DNA of 64,000 nucleotides from Candidatus Latescibacterota bacterium (GCA_965205975.1 OZ242195.1:3488001-3552000), one strand, 5' to 3'; positions 8,539 through 19,549 are shown, counted from the stretch's first letter. Notes: generated by a model from the letters alone, not told the origin. Made by a program: numbers and translations.

Positions 8539-10464
8539 ATGACAACCCCTGCGATTGAACAGTCCCCCACATCTCTCGTAGATACCCTCTGTGAAAAAGC
8601 ACAGGTGCTTTTGGAAAAAAACAATGTGGATGGCGTAGAGGCACTCGCATCAGAAGCCAGTGCGCGCGACCCGGCGTGCAACCGCGCACATCAATTGATG
8701 CTCCGCGTAGCCCTCATCCGAGACGAACAGGACAGGGCACAAACATTGCTCAATCGGTGGCGCGATTTGCCGGTAGATGATGCGTTTGGTGAATGGGGTG
8801 TACTCGCAGAAGAAATGAACGACATACAGGCAGCCGTTGAAATCTATCAGGCGCACCTATCCCAATGTCCTGACGATGCCAAATCCCTATTTGGACTGGC
8901 AATGCTACACGCAGACCGCAATGAAACGGGCCTCGCGCAATCGCGCTTGCAAATCCTCATACAGCACCATGCAGACCATACAGAAGGAATCTTTGAACTC
9001 GCGCGCCTGTACGAAGAAGACGGCATGATGGGCCTCGCGCAAGAACTCTACGCACGGGTACTCGAACTCGACCCGGACCATGCGGGCGCACTTGCGGGCA
9101 AACAACTCGTCGGCGCACAATTGCAAACATCCCAAACCTTACCAGATGCAGAAATCAAAAACCACCCCGATAGTGCCGCCCTGATCCTCCGGCTATTTGC
9201 CGCGCGAAAAGACGTGTACGCACGCCAATGGATTGATGAAGACGGAAAAACCGGCTATGTCCCCGTGCGCGAACCCCTCACAGAAGACGCGATCCAATCC
9301 CATCTCCGGGGAGATACAACTGTAGGCGTCTATCCAATTTTTGACCGGGACAAAGCACAATTTTTGGCCCTGGATATCGACATCAAAAAAGAAGCCCTCA
9401 ACACAGCGCAGCAAAACAACACCTTAATGGATGCGTTGCGCGAACAAGTATGCAAAGACATCCGACGGGTTTGCGCGGGCTTCGCATCCCTCAACCTCCC
9501 CGTTCACATCGAAGACAGCGGAAACAAAGGCGCGCATATATGGCTCTTCTTTGAAAAACCCATCCGCGCATGCGACCTGCGCGCTTATGGCCACGCATTT
9601 GCAAAGCGATTTGGCCCAGCATCAGAAGATTTACAGTGGGAGTGGTTTCCCAAACAAGACGCCGTTGGGGAAGATGAACTTGGCAACCTGATCAAACTAC
9701 CACTCGGCATCCACCGCAAAACAGGACGCCGCGCGTTATTTATCGACACAGAAGGACACGCACTCGCAGATCAAGATCGGGTATTGCGCGACATCAAACC
9801 CATAGACACACAGGCTTATGACCATGCGGTCTCCCGCCTGGGCGGAGGAGAGACCCACACGCCCCTGAAACAAGTTGATCTGAAAAAAGCATTTCCAGAA
9901 TTTCAACCCATTATGCAAGGCTGTGCAGTCATTCGCGCACTCACAGAAAAAGCCTTTGCAACCGCCCATCTGGTACACATTGAACGCCATGTCTTAAAAT
10001 GCGTATTTGGGCATCTCGACGACCAGGGGCGCACCTTCTTACACGCGGTAATTGGCGCGTGTGCAGACTACAAAGCCGAAATAACCGATTATCAGATCGA
10101 ACGCCTGCATCCGCATCCCATTGGCTGTCCGAAAATCCGCAAACACCTGCCCGACCTCATTGAAACCGTCCCCTGCAACTGCGAATTTGACCTACCAGAA
10201 GGCGGGTACCCCTCTCCCTTGCTACATATCGACCCGGCATTTACCGCTGGCATGGGACGTGTGGATCAACCGCAAAACCGCGAAATAGTAGATCGCTACA
10301 TCACACTGCGCCAGCAAGCCGCACAGGTAATGGCCGACCTATCGCGTACAGAAGATGAAATGCGCGACATATTGCGCCACCGCAAAGGCAAAATCTCCAC
10401 AGGCGTCTGGGTAGTCACAGCGGATGACGCTGGACGATTGCAAATAGGCATTGAGGCGGTTTAA
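8539..10464 (+). CDS. CRISPR-associated primase-polymerase (CAPP): TPR + AEP + Cys-rich PriL-like C-terminal domain
   Basis: N-terminal TPRs; AEP motifs LALDID, SGNKGAH, EWFPKQ, LIKLPLG; C-terminal CAVI..PIGCPKI..CNC..YPSP; directly upstream of cas1-cas2. Confidence 0.88.
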   Translation: MTTPAIEQSPTSLVDTLCEKAQVLLEKNNVDGVEALASEASARDPACNRAHQLMLRVALIRDEQDRAQTLLNRWRDLPVDDAFGEWGVLAEEMNDIQAAVEIYQAHLSQCPDDAKSLFGLAMLHADRNETGLAQSRLQILIQHHADHTEGIFELARLYEEDGMMGLAQELYARVLELDPDHAGALAGKQLVGAQLQTSQTLPDAEIKNHPDSAALILRLFAARKDVYARQWIDEDGKTGYVPVREPLTEDAIQSHLRGDTTVGVYPIFDRDKAQFLALDIDIKKEALNTAQQNNTLMDALREQVCKDIRRVCAGFASLNLPVHIEDSGNKGAHIWLFFEKPIRACDLRAYGHAFAKRFGPASEDLQWEWFPKQDAVGEDELGNLIKLPLGIHRKTGRRALFIDTEGHALADQDRVLRDIKPIDTQAYDHAVSRLGGGETHTPLKQVDLKKAFPEFQPIMQGCAVIRALTEKAFATAHLVHIERHVLKCVFGHLDDQGRTFLHAVIGACADYKAEITDYQIERLHPHPIGCPKIRKHLPDLIETVPCNCEFDLPEGGYPSPLLHIDPAFTAGMGRVDQPQNREIVDRYITLRQQAAQVMADLSRTEDEMRDILRHRKGKISTGVWVVTADDAGRLQIGIEAV

Positions 10465-10521
10465 GAATTAAAAATTAAGAATTAAGGGGATCTCACGTCT
10501 TACCGGCTTTCGGGGTTTAAT

Positions 10522-11523
10522 ATGGCCGTACTCTACGTCACAGAAACCGGTGCCCAGGTGCGCCGCGAAGGCGAGCGATTGGCCGTGTGGAAAGGCAAGA
10601 AAAAACTCCACACATTGCCTGCGTATGACCTGCACCAGATGGTCTTATTTGGCAACATCGGAATAACACCTGCGGCAATGCACACCGCGCTGATGCAGGG
10701 CATCGACCTCGTATTACTCAGCACCACGGGCAGTTATCGCGGGCGACTCGTCGGACCGCAGGGCCGCAACGTAATACTGCGGCAAATGCAATACCGTCGC
10801 TACGAAGATGAAGATTTTCGATTGGGTGCTGCACGGGGATTTGTATCGGGCAAAATCCGCAACATGCGTACCCTCATCATGCGCCTTGCACGACGCCGAA
10901 ACCGGGACATTGCCCACACCGCACAGCGACTGCGCGCACTCTTAAAACAGATAGACCGCATTGACAATGCCGATGCACTGCGCGGAATCGAAGGTGCGGC
11001 AACAGCGACTTACTTCGGTGCGCTGAGCCAATTTTTACCCTCAGCATTTCCCTTTGTCAAACGCACGCGGCGCCCGCCCAAAGACGCGGTCAATGCCATG
11101 TTGAGCTTTGGCTATACGCTGCTGTCTTCGGACATGGAATCGGCTGTCTTGCGCGTGGGATTAGATCCCTATATCGGTTATCTGCATCTCGTGGATTACG
11201 GACGTCCCTCGCTCGCGCTGGACATGATGGAAGAATTTCGTCCGGTAATTGTAGATGCAATGGTACTGGACCTGCTAAATCACGGACAAATCAAAAAAGA
11301 GGACTTTGAACAGCGCGATGGGGGCGTATTTTTATATGGCGATGGACGACAGCAACTAATCCGCGCCTATCAGGACCGGGTCGCAACTGAAGTTCAATAT
11401 CTACAACCCAGTGGACAGGTACAAAAAGTGCCCTATCGCCAGTGTTTCGAGTTGCAAGCTCGCCGTCTCATCCGCATGTTGCGCGGCGAAGACGCGGCAT
11501 ATCAGCCATTTTTAATCCGATGA
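10522..11523 (+). CDS. cas1: CRISPR integrase Cas1
   Basis: LRGIEG..YF, RRPPKDAVNAMLSFGY, GLDPYIGYLH, SLALDMMEEFRP. Confidence 0.97.
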   Translation: MAVLYVTETGAQVRREGERLAVWKGKKKLHTLPAYDLHQMVLFGNIGITPAAMHTALMQGIDLVLLSTTGSYRGRLVGPQGRNVILRQMQYRRYEDEDFRLGAARGFVSGKIRNMRTLIMRLARRRNRDIAHTAQRLRALLKQIDRIDNADALRGIEGAATATYFGALSQFLPSAFPFVKRTRRPPKDAVNAMLSFGYTLLSSDMESAVLRVGLDPYIGYLHLVDYGRPSLALDMMEEFRPVIVDAMVLDLLNHGQIKKEDFEQRDGGVFLYGDGRQQLIRAYQDRVATEVQYLQPSGQVQKVPYRQCFELQARRLIRMLRGEDAAYQPFLIR

Positions 11524-11541
11524 GTATTGGAGATCAACGCA

Positions 11542-11823
11542 ATGCTTGTGGTAGTAGCCTACGACATAGCCGACAAACGCCGATTGCGGCGGGTGATGAA
11601 ACTCATGGAAAACTACGGATCGCGCCGACAGAAAAGCGTTTTTGAATGCAACTTGAATGAACGGCGATTTCTCGCGTTGCGGTCTAAAATGTCGGAATTG
11701 ATTGACCCGGAAGACGATCGCATCTGTTATTATCATCTATGTGCAGCATGCGAAAAGCGGGTTGAAGGTATATCCAAACGCGAACATCCCGTGCCAAAAC
11801 GCGAGGATTATGTGATTGTGTGA
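11542..11823 (+). CDS. cas2: Cas2
   Basis: VVAYDIAD.RR.RRV.K..ENYG.R.QKSVFEC..D.I..Y.LC..C. Confidence 0.96.
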   Translation: MLVVVAYDIADKRRLRRVMKLMENYGSRRQKSVFECNLNERRFLALRSKMSELIDPEDDRICYYHLCAACEKRVEGISKREHPVPKREDYVIV

Positions 11824-11835
11824 GCAGATACTTGT

Positions 11836-12987
11836 ATGAGGAAATACATGAAACCTGTCGTCGCGCACAGTGCCAACCCCTATTTACCAGCCACAGCGAC
11901 CTGGATATACGACCAGATCCGCGCATTGAAACGATATCGTCCCATCGTCCTCACACAAACGCGCCAGAACCTGGATCGCTTTCCCATAGAACCCGTCTTA
12001 TCCGCCGAAGATATCTCGCCCATTCGCAGAACAACCCTCCGCCTCATTCGCAAAATGCGCGGCACATACGCGGGCTATGAAAACTGGCTTTGCAAACACA
12101 ACGCCGCCCTCATCCACGCGCACTTTGGGCAAGAGGGATACCGATGTCTCTCCGCAAAACAGCGCACAGGCATCCCCCTGATCACCACCTTTTACGGCCT
12201 GGACGTATCGGCACTACCCCGGCAAAAAAAATGGCAAAAACGATACAAACGACTCTTTGCCGAAGGCGACCTCTTCCTCGTCGAAGGACCCTTCATGGGC
12301 GAACAACTCATCGCACTGGGATGCCCTGCCAACCGGGTAATCGTACAACATCTGGGCGTAGATCTCGACAAAATACCCTTCAGAACAGACCCCACACCCA
12401 AACAACCCATCGTATTGACATACAGCGTATTTCGAGAAAAAAAAGGATTGAAATACGCAATCCAGGCTTATGCGAAAATAGCAGAAAAATATCCGGACGC
12501 CCAACTGCGGATGATCGGCGACGGACCTTTGCGTCCACAACTACAAGCCGAAATACGAAATCTACACCTTGAAAACCGCGTAAAAATGCTCGGCCTGCTT
12601 CCCCATCCCACCGCACTTGAAGAACTAAAACGCGCGACAATCCTCCTCTATCCCAGCGTCACAGCATCAGATGGCGACACCGAAGGCGGTGCCCCTGTCG
12701 CCCTCATCGAAGCCATGGCAATGGGTATCCCCATCGTATCGTCTCAACACGCCGACATCCCCGAAGTCGTCATCGACAAAACCTGTGGCCTATTATATCC
12801 CGAACGAGATGTCGCGGGCCTCGCTGAGGGACTGGACACCCTCCTCAACTCCCCCGAACAATTTGGCCGCGCTGGCCGTGCCCATGTCGAAAAACAGCAC
12901 AACCTAGAGAGACAAGCCGAAAAATTAGAGGTGATTTATGATCGGGTTGTGATGAACCAGCCCCAAGCCCCAAAGTATAATCCTTGA
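11836..12987 (+). CDS. Glycosyltransferase family 4 (WcaL-like)
   Basis: IHAHFG, TTFYGLD, EKKG, IGDGPLR, GDTEGGAPVALIEAMAMG. Confidence 0.9.
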   Translation: MRKYMKPVVAHSANPYLPATATWIYDQIRALKRYRPIVLTQTRQNLDRFPIEPVLSAEDISPIRRTTLRLIRKMRGTYAGYENWLCKHNAALIHAHFGQEGYRCLSAKQRTGIPLITTFYGLDVSALPRQKKWQKRYKRLFAEGDLFLVEGPFMGEQLIALGCPANRVIVQHLGVDLDKIPFRTDPTPKQPIVLTYSVFREKKGLKYAIQAYAKIAEKYPDAQLRMIGDGPLRPQLQAEIRNLHLENRVKMLGLLPHPTALEELKRATILLYPSVTASDGDTEGGAPVALIEAMAMGIPIVSSQHADIPEVVIDKTCGLLYPERDVAGLAEGLDTLLNSPEQFGRAGRAHVEKQHNLERQAEKLEVIYDRVVMNQPQAPKYNP

Positions 12988-13051
12988 CATCAAAAACTAT
13001 TGATACAATTTTTGGCAGTGTTATTTCCACGCATTTAAAACGGAGACAAAG

Positions 13052-14425
13052 ATGCCTGAACACCCCAACCTCGTATTTGTATTCCCCGACGAATATCGCA
13101 AACAGGCCATGGGATTCATGAACGAAGACCCCGTAATAACCCCCAATATCGACCGATTTGCGTCTGAAAGCCTCGTATTAACCGACGCCGTAAGCACCAG
13201 ACCCGTATGCAGCCCATATCGGGCAATGCTCTTCACCGGACAATATCCCCACGCCAACGGCGTACTCAGCAACGTCAACTCCACCACAGTACAATACGAA
13301 AACTACCTGCGAGAAAACGCACGGTGCTTCTCAGACGTCTTGCACGACGCTGGCTACAACCAGGCGTACCTGGGCAAACTACACCTCGATCCCCCCAATG
13401 AGCAATATCAATACACAGAAGGACCGAGAGGAAATGGCGTCATCTGGGACTCATACACCCCACCGGGACCGCGCAGACACGGATATGACTTCTGGTATTC
13501 CTACGGCTGTTGCGACTGGCACTTCAACCCCCACTATTGGACCGGCAATGACCCCATTGAAAAGCGCATTGAACCGCGGGAATGGTCTCCCAAACACGAA
13601 ACCGACATCGCAATAAACTACATCCGCAACAAAGGTGGCAAATACAGAGATCCCAAAAAACCATTCTCACTCGTCATATCCCACAACCCACCGCACATGC
13701 CATTCAAACAAGTACCAGAAAAATACGTCGCCCAATACGGCGATGCCACCCATGAAGACCTCTTAACGCGCCCCAATGTCCCCGCAGACACAAGCGGCGA
13801 CAGCGCCCGCGAAAACGCGAAACACTACTTCGCCATGGTAACCGGCGTCGATGAAAACTTTGGACGCATACTGGACTGCTTAAAAACAGAGGGACTGGAA
13901 GAAGATACCATCGTAGTCTTCACCTCTGACCACGGTGAAATGATGGGCAGCCACGGCCGCATCGGCAAAACCGTACACTACGAAGAATCCTTCACCGTAC
14001 CATTTATCATCCGCTGGCCCGGCAAAATCACACCCGGCACAGATAACCTGTTAATCGGCACACCCGACTTAATGCCCACATTGCTCAACCTCATGGGCGT
14101 GGAACAGGTCCCCGACAGCGTCCAGGGAACGGATTACTCCGACATCCTCCTGGGTAAAAAAGGCACGCGCCCGACATCTGCACTCTACCTCAACGTAATG
14201 CCCGCCGACCCCGCTGGCGGATCGCGTGGCGTGCGCACACACCGGCACACGTATGTCGTCACGCGGACACCCGAAAGCGAAGAAACGATCCTCCACGACA
14301 ATGTCGCAGACCCCTATCAACTCCAAAACATCGCTGGCGATCATCCCGGCCTTGTGGCAGAACTTGAGGACGAAATGAACAACTGGTTGGAAAAAACTGG
14401 CGACCCATGGTTAACCCAAAAATAA
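13052..14425 (+). CDS. Sulfatase (S1 family)
   Basis: CSPYR..LFTG formylglycine motif, GKLHL, PPH, TSDHGEM. Confidence 0.92.
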   Translation: MPEHPNLVFVFPDEYRKQAMGFMNEDPVITPNIDRFASESLVLTDAVSTRPVCSPYRAMLFTGQYPHANGVLSNVNSTTVQYENYLRENARCFSDVLHDAGYNQAYLGKLHLDPPNEQYQYTEGPRGNGVIWDSYTPPGPRRHGYDFWYSYGCCDWHFNPHYWTGNDPIEKRIEPREWSPKHETDIAINYIRNKGGKYRDPKKPFSLVISHNPPHMPFKQVPEKYVAQYGDATHEDLLTRPNVPADTSGDSARENAKHYFAMVTGVDENFGRILDCLKTEGLEEDTIVVFTSDHGEMMGSHGRIGKTVHYEESFTVPFIIRWPGKITPGTDNLLIGTPDLMPTLLNLMGVEQVPDSVQGTDYSDILLGKKGTRPTSALYLNVMPADPAGGSRGVRTHRHTYVVTRTPESEETILHDNVADPYQLQNIAGDHPGLVAELEDEMNNWLEKTGDPWLTQK

Positions 14426-14435
14426 GGAGCAATAA

Positions 14436-15746
14436 ATGGCAGATTCCCCAAACCTCCTCGTCATACACACCGACGAACAAAGTTGCTGGACATTGAGCGC
14501 ATATGGCGGAACACTCGTCGAAACGCCCCACATTGACTCCCTGGCAAACGAAGGCGCAATCTTGACAAACTTCATGGTCAACGTCGCCGTATGCACCCCA
14601 TCCCGAGGCGTATTCCTCACCGGACGCTACGAACATGTACACGGCGCGTATCGCAACAACATCCCCCTCAACCGCGATGAAATCACATTTGCCCAGGCAT
14701 TAAAAGACCGCGAATACGACACCGGATACGCGGGCAAATGGCATCTGGACGGACCCCCGCGCCCCGGCTGGGTACACCCCGAACGCACAATGGGCTTTGA
14801 CGACGCCGAATACATGTTCAATCGCGGACACTGGAAAAAAATCGAAGACGTCGATATGGGCGATGTACAACCCACAGTGTTTAACTACAAAACCATGGGC
14901 GACGCAAAAACCTATCCAACGGACTGGCTAACCGAAAAAACCAACGAATTTTTGACTCGAGATCGAGAAAACCCGTTTTGTTTCATGCTCAGCATCCCCG
15001 ACCCCCATCCGCCATTTCCTGTACGCGCACCCTACGACACCAGGTACAACCCCGCAGACATGCCATTGCCCGACACGCGCAACGAAGAAAATCAGCCCAG
15101 CTGGGTACCCAAAAAACAGGCTCCGAAAGATGATATCTTACGCAAACACATGGCCCAATACTGCGGCATGGTCAAACTCATAGACGACTGCGTAGGCAGA
15201 ATGCTCGATGCACTGCGCGAAAAAGGCATCCTGGACAACACAATAGTCGTATTCACATCCGACCACGGCGAATACCTCGGCGAACACGGATTGATGGGCA
15301 AGAATCAACTCTATGAAACGGCGTATCGCGTCCCCATGTTAATCCGCTGGCCCGAAAAAATTCCGGCTGGCACGCGAATAGATCGCCTGGTTGGCTCCGT
15401 CGATTTCATGCCCACCATCCTGACCCTCATGGGATTTGAACCCTGTGGACGCGAACACGGACGAGATGCATCTGCACTCTTGCGCGGCGAAGAAACCGAA
15501 TGGGACGACATCTGTTATATACACCACGACCCGAACAGAGCCGGCGTATTCACCCCCAATTACGAACTCGCCTATGTAAAGGACCACGACGCCATTCTCT
15601 TTGATCGTCAAAACGATCCCGACCAGGTGAACAACCTGTTTGACGCCCCCGAACACCGGGAAATGATCGCAGCCATGACCGCCGACCTCGCCGCACATCA
15701 CGCATCGGTCAACTCGCCATCAGCAGAATGGTTGAAGGAACTATAA
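14436..15746 (+). CDS. Sulfatase (S1 family)
   Basis: CTPSR..LTG, GKWHL, DPHPP, TSDHGE. Confidence 0.92.
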   Translation: MADSPNLLVIHTDEQSCWTLSAYGGTLVETPHIDSLANEGAILTNFMVNVAVCTPSRGVFLTGRYEHVHGAYRNNIPLNRDEITFAQALKDREYDTGYAGKWHLDGPPRPGWVHPERTMGFDDAEYMFNRGHWKKIEDVDMGDVQPTVFNYKTMGDAKTYPTDWLTEKTNEFLTRDRENPFCFMLSIPDPHPPFPVRAPYDTRYNPADMPLPDTRNEENQPSWVPKKQAPKDDILRKHMAQYCGMVKLIDDCVGRMLDALREKGILDNTIVVFTSDHGEYLGEHGLMGKNQLYETAYRVPMLIRWPEKIPAGTRIDRLVGSVDFMPTILTLMGFEPCGREHGRDASALLRGEETEWDDICYIHHDPNRAGVFTPNYELAYVKDHDAILFDRQNDPDQVNNLFDAPEHREMIAAMTADLAAHHASVNSPSAEWLKEL

Positions 15747-15757
15747 CGGGAGGATCT

Positions 15758-16237
15758 ATGGCATTTGATTCACGGCTGCAACGAGACATAATGGGGCGGT
15801 TTGTAACGGGTGTCACCGTCGTCACCACGCGATACAAAAACGGCGACATAACCGGCATGACAGCCAATGCCGTCATGTCATTATCGCTGGACCCACCGCT
15901 CGTCGTGGTATCGGTCGATAAATCAGCCACCATGCACAGCGCCTTATCTGACGCACAGTGTTATGCAATCAACATCCTCACCCGAGAACAGGAACATCTA
16001 TCCAACCGATTTGCCATACCGGGACCAAAGGACTTTTCCGATCTGACATTGCGCGAAAGCAAAACAGGTGCGCCGATCCTGGAGGGAACACTGGGATATC
16101 TCGACTGCAAGATAGTGAACATCTTGCCAGCAGGCGATCACGACATGTTTGTAGGAGAAATACTGACGGGAGAATTGGGAGAGGGGAACCCGTTGCTCTA
16201 TTATGGAGGAAAGTATCGAAGTCTGGCAGTAGAATAA
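15758..16237 (+). CDS. Flavin reductase family protein
   Basis: GRFVTGVTVVTT, GMTAN, SLSLDPPL, GDH, PLLYYGG; RBS GGAGG before ATG 15758. Confidence 0.92.
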   Translation: MAFDSRLQRDIMGRFVTGVTVVTTRYKNGDITGMTANAVMSLSLDPPLVVVSVDKSATMHSALSDAQCYAINILTREQEHLSNRFAIPGPKDFSDLTLRESKTGAPILEGTLGYLDCKIVNILPAGDHDMFVGEILTGELGEGNPLLYYGGKYRSLAVE

Positions 16238-16239
16238 GC

Positions 16240-17955
16240 TCAGGTATGAACATACATATCCAAAAACCGCTTTTCTCCTTCCGAACTGCCAATAAGGAGA
16301 ATTTCCGCTGCTTTTGGTAGCGGTTTATTGGGATCGGGATTGAGTTGCATTTCATGGTTATCGTTAAGTGCGATAATCGTGCATCCCGTATTCCTGCGAA
16401 TAGCTGAATTAGCAATCGTCTTTCCAACAAGAGAAGAGGGCATTTTCATCCTGAACACGCTGATATCCTCACTAAACACGCTCAGGCTCTCTGCCACCAT
16501 CAGGGTATCACTGCGTTTTAAGAAATTGAAAATTGCATCTGCGCCCATCGACGCATAAGACATGACGAAATCCGCGCCCGCGCGGTGCAGTGTTGCGATA
16601 TTTCTCTCTTGCGTAACGCGGCTGATAATCTGAATTTCCGGATTTAATCGCCGGCAATAAACCGTGAGATAAACATTGATATCATCGTCGTGCGTCGTAA
16701 TAATAACCGTCAACGCATTCATAATCTCGGCTCTTTTTAAAACCTCAAAATCTGCGGCATTGCCCACAATACAATTATCGAGCCTCTGAGCCTGGTCTGC
16801 ATCTTTTTCCACAATCCGATAGTCGATACCTTGTTCCACAAGCGTGCGCGCAGCCTCCATGCCAACACCACCACCACCAATAATCACAACGGGAGCATTT
16901 GAAACTTTGTAGATACAGAACAACTCGTTAAATCTATCCAATTGACTCTGTGTCCCCGTCATAACCAGCACAGTGTGGGGACCAATACGGGTATCGGGCA
17001 ATGCCGACTGAAAAATACCGCGTTCCCAAACGCCGACCGCCGTCAGACCCAGTTCTCGGCGCAGGCCAATCTCCTCGAGAGTTTTGCCCACAAGAGGCGT
17101 ATGGGCCGCCGTGGTCTCGGCAATTAACAAATCGTCGTACTGACCAATCACATGCGCTGCGGTCTCCCCGCTCTGGGTGCGTCGCGCAAGAGATGAGCCG
17201 AGCATCTTGTCAAGTTGAAGCACATGGTCGCATCCCGCCAATTGGAGAATATCCACAGAATCGGGATCGTCTGCTCTGGCAATAATCGGCACAGTGGGAT
17301 TGAGATCGCGTACAGTAAATGCGATATGGGTATTAATCGGATCGGTATCTGTTGCCGCAACAAGCGCCGCTTGCTCAATCTGCATTTTTTCATAGGTATC
17401 CGGATTGTCCAAATCCCCAACCACAACATTGATACCCTGATCGTAAAGTTGCTGTGCATGCGCCAAATCTGGCGTGAGGAGATAATAAGAATAGTGGTAG
17501 CGATCCAGCTTGTTGATAAGCGCTTGTGTAATGGGGTCATGGTGGGTCAAAAGAACATGCTCTCGCGTACCGCGGGGCAACTGACGCGGCGCGCGGGCTT
17601 CGGATTGGGCTTGAATCCACGGTGCGTAAAAAAACTGAATAAAAGTAAATGGCAGAACAATGAGCAAAAAAATCATACCCGTCAGCAAAACCAGCATGGA
17701 GAATAAACGCCCCAGATCCCCCTGAAAGGTAATATCGCCAAAACCCAATGTTGACATAACCGTAAGCGTCCAATAAAAACCCGTAAACCAGCTAAACTCC
17801 TGGCCCTCACGGAGCATGATCAAATGAAAAAGAACGCTAAAAATTGTGACAATCACAGAAAAGGCCAGCAGCAATTTGAACAGCACACCGAGATTTCGCC
17901 GAGCTGTGCGCTTTCCCAATAAAAAGGCGAGTTGTGGGGCAAGGCCTTTGAGCAT
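16240..17955 (-). CDS. Potassium channel protein with tandem TrkA-N/TrkA-C (RCK) domains
   Basis: Two TM helices with pore motif TVMSTLGFGD, two RCK pairs (IIGGGGVG). Start set at MLKGLAPQ. Confidence 0.88.
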   Translation of the reverse strand: MLKGLAPQLAFLLGKRTARRNLGVLFKLLLAFSVIVTIFSVLFHLIMLREGQEFSWFTGFYWTLTVMSTLGFGDITFQGDLGRLFSMLVLLTGMIFLLIVLPFTFIQFFYAPWIQAQSEARAPRQLPRGTREHVLLTHHDPITQALINKLDRYHYSYYLLTPDLAHAQQLYDQGINVVVGDLDNPDTYEKMQIEQAALVAATDTDPINTHIAFTVRDLNPTVPIIARADDPDSVDILQLAGCDHVLQLDKMLGSSLARRTQSGETAAHVIGQYDDLLIAETTAAHTPLVGKTLEEIGLRRELGLTAVGVWERGIFQSALPDTRIGPHTVLVMTGTQSQLDRFNELFCIYKVSNAPVVIIGGGGVGMEAARTLVEQGIDYRIVEKDADQAQRLDNCIVGNAADFEVLKRAEIMNALTVIITTHDDDINVYLTVYCRRLNPEIQIISRVTQERNIATLHRAGADFVMSYASMGADAIFNFLKRSDTLMVAESLSVFSEDISVFRMKMPSSLVGKTIANSAIRRNTGCTIIALNDNHEMQLNPDPNKPLPKAAEILLIGSSEGEKRFLDMYVHT

Positions 17956-17992
17956 ATCGGTTATTCCTGAAAAAGGGACTGGGATCTGACCG

Positions 17993-18030
17993 CTGGGCGA
18001 GGCATGCCTCGCCCCTACATCCACACCAAC
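17993..18030. repeat. REP palindrome plus flank; exact protospacer of mini-array spacer 8330-8367
   Basis: ctgggcgaggcatgcctcgcccctacatccacaccaac is identical at both sites. Confidence 0.9.
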
Positions 18031-18109
18031 CACTAACTATTTGTTTTTCAAAAATAGGCTATCGCAACAGTTGTGTCAATTTGGTTCTCAGAACAGAAAG
18101 GAACTCGAA

Positions 18110-19540
18110 ATGCCATCCAGATACAATATCCTGCTCATAATCTCAGAAGACAACGGGCAACATATCGGTTGTTATGGCGACCCTTATGCACAAACGCCGC
18201 ACATAGATAAACTCGCCTCTGAAAGCGTGCGATTTGAAAACATGTATGCGACGCAGGCCGTATGCAGCCCAGGGCGGGCGAGTATTCTAACCGGATTATA
18301 TCCGCACCAGAATGGTCAGTTCGGATTGGCAACCCACAAGTACGCACTGTACGATGAATTTCCCAACATGCCCCGCCTGTTAAAAAACGAAGGATACAGA
18401 ACCGGACTCATCGGCAAATTGCACATCAATCCCGAAGACGCCTTTCCCTACGACCTGCGGTGGAATCCGAAAGAATTTATCAGCTTTGCCAACCGCGACG
18501 TACGCAAAATGGCCGAAGTAGCAGGTGAATTTATGAAACCATCGGACGAGCCGTTCTTTTTGCAAATCAGTTTTCCCGACGCACACCTGCCATTCCACCG
18601 CCAACAATTCGGTGTACCTGAGCACCCACAGGAAGGCAAAGACGTCGAGACGCTCCCATTTGTCGGCATTGACACGCCCCGCCTAAGAGAGGAAACCGCG
18701 GACTATTACAACTGCATGTCCAGATTGGACACCGGCATAGGACTGGTCTTAGAACAACTGAACGCTCTCGGAAAAACCGAAAATACACTCGTAATTTTTA
18801 CGACCGATCACGGCGCCCAGTTTTCACGGGGAAAAACATCAATCTACGAGGGCGGATTGCGCATACCGCTAATCGTGCGATGCCCCGGTATTGGCCTTGA
18901 AGGTCACACACGCAACGAATTGGTATCACAAATCGACATCTTGCCAACTGTAACAGACATTTTGGGAATTGCGTGCCCCGCAGGAGTGGCGGGCGCATCC
19001 TTTGCACCCCTATTAAAAGGACAAAAAATTGAATGGCGCACCCATCTATACGCCGAATGGGGAAGCGGTGGCGTCGTCACGTACTTCCCACAGCGCTCCG
19101 TGCGAGATGGTCGATACAAACTCATCGCCAATCTCCTCCAGGACCGCCCAAGCCCGAGCGCACTGGGATATTCGGACAGAAACCAAAAATGGACATCCGG
19201 CGCAACACAAGAGGAAATTGCCGGTTCAGATAAGCGCATCCGGACAGCTTATGAACTCTATGAACAACCGCCAAAATACGAAGTCTATGACCTGCAAAAC
19301 GACCCATGGGAATTTGAAAATCTATCCCATAATCCGGCATACCACAACATCTTGCAGGCATTAAAAAATCGCCTTGAGACCTGGCAGAAAGAAACCGACG
19401 ACGCCCTGAGACATCCCGAAAATCTGCATCGACTCACCCAAAAACACGACGAAATTATGGAAAAATACTACGCGGAAAGTATATGGGGCAGTTCTCGGGA
19501 TTACGAATGGGACTACACCGAATACCTCTATCACCAATAA
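18110..19540 (+). CDS. Sulfatase (N-sulfoglucosamine sulfohydrolase-like)
   Basis: CSPGR..LTG.YPHQNG, GKLH, TDHG..RGK. Confidence 0.88.
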   Translation: MPSRYNILLIISEDNGQHIGCYGDPYAQTPHIDKLASESVRFENMYATQAVCSPGRASILTGLYPHQNGQFGLATHKYALYDEFPNMPRLLKNEGYRTGLIGKLHINPEDAFPYDLRWNPKEFISFANRDVRKMAEVAGEFMKPSDEPFFLQISFPDAHLPFHRQQFGVPEHPQEGKDVETLPFVGIDTPRLREETADYYNCMSRLDTGIGLVLEQLNALGKTENTLVIFTTDHGAQFSRGKTSIYEGGLRIPLIVRCPGIGLEGHTRNELVSQIDILPTVTDILGIACPAGVAGASFAPLLKGQKIEWRTHLYAEWGSGGVVTYFPQRSVRDGRYKLIANLLQDRPSPSALGYSDRNQKWTSGATQEEIAGSDKRIRTAYELYEQPPKYEVYDLQNDPWEFENLSHNPAYHNILQALKNRLETWQKETDDALRHPENLHRLTQKHDEIMEKYYAESIWGSSRDYEWDYTEYLYHQ

Positions 19541-19549
19541 GGAGAAAAC

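Noticed and set aside
12984..13009. TTGACA...TACAAT promoter before the first sulfatase
   Set aside because: Spacing is only 14 bp; plausible as an extended -10 but not confident enough to call.
17956..18033. N-terminal extension MVGVDVGARHASP of the K+ channel ORF
   Set aside because: Translation of the REP site; the real start is more likely ATG 17955.
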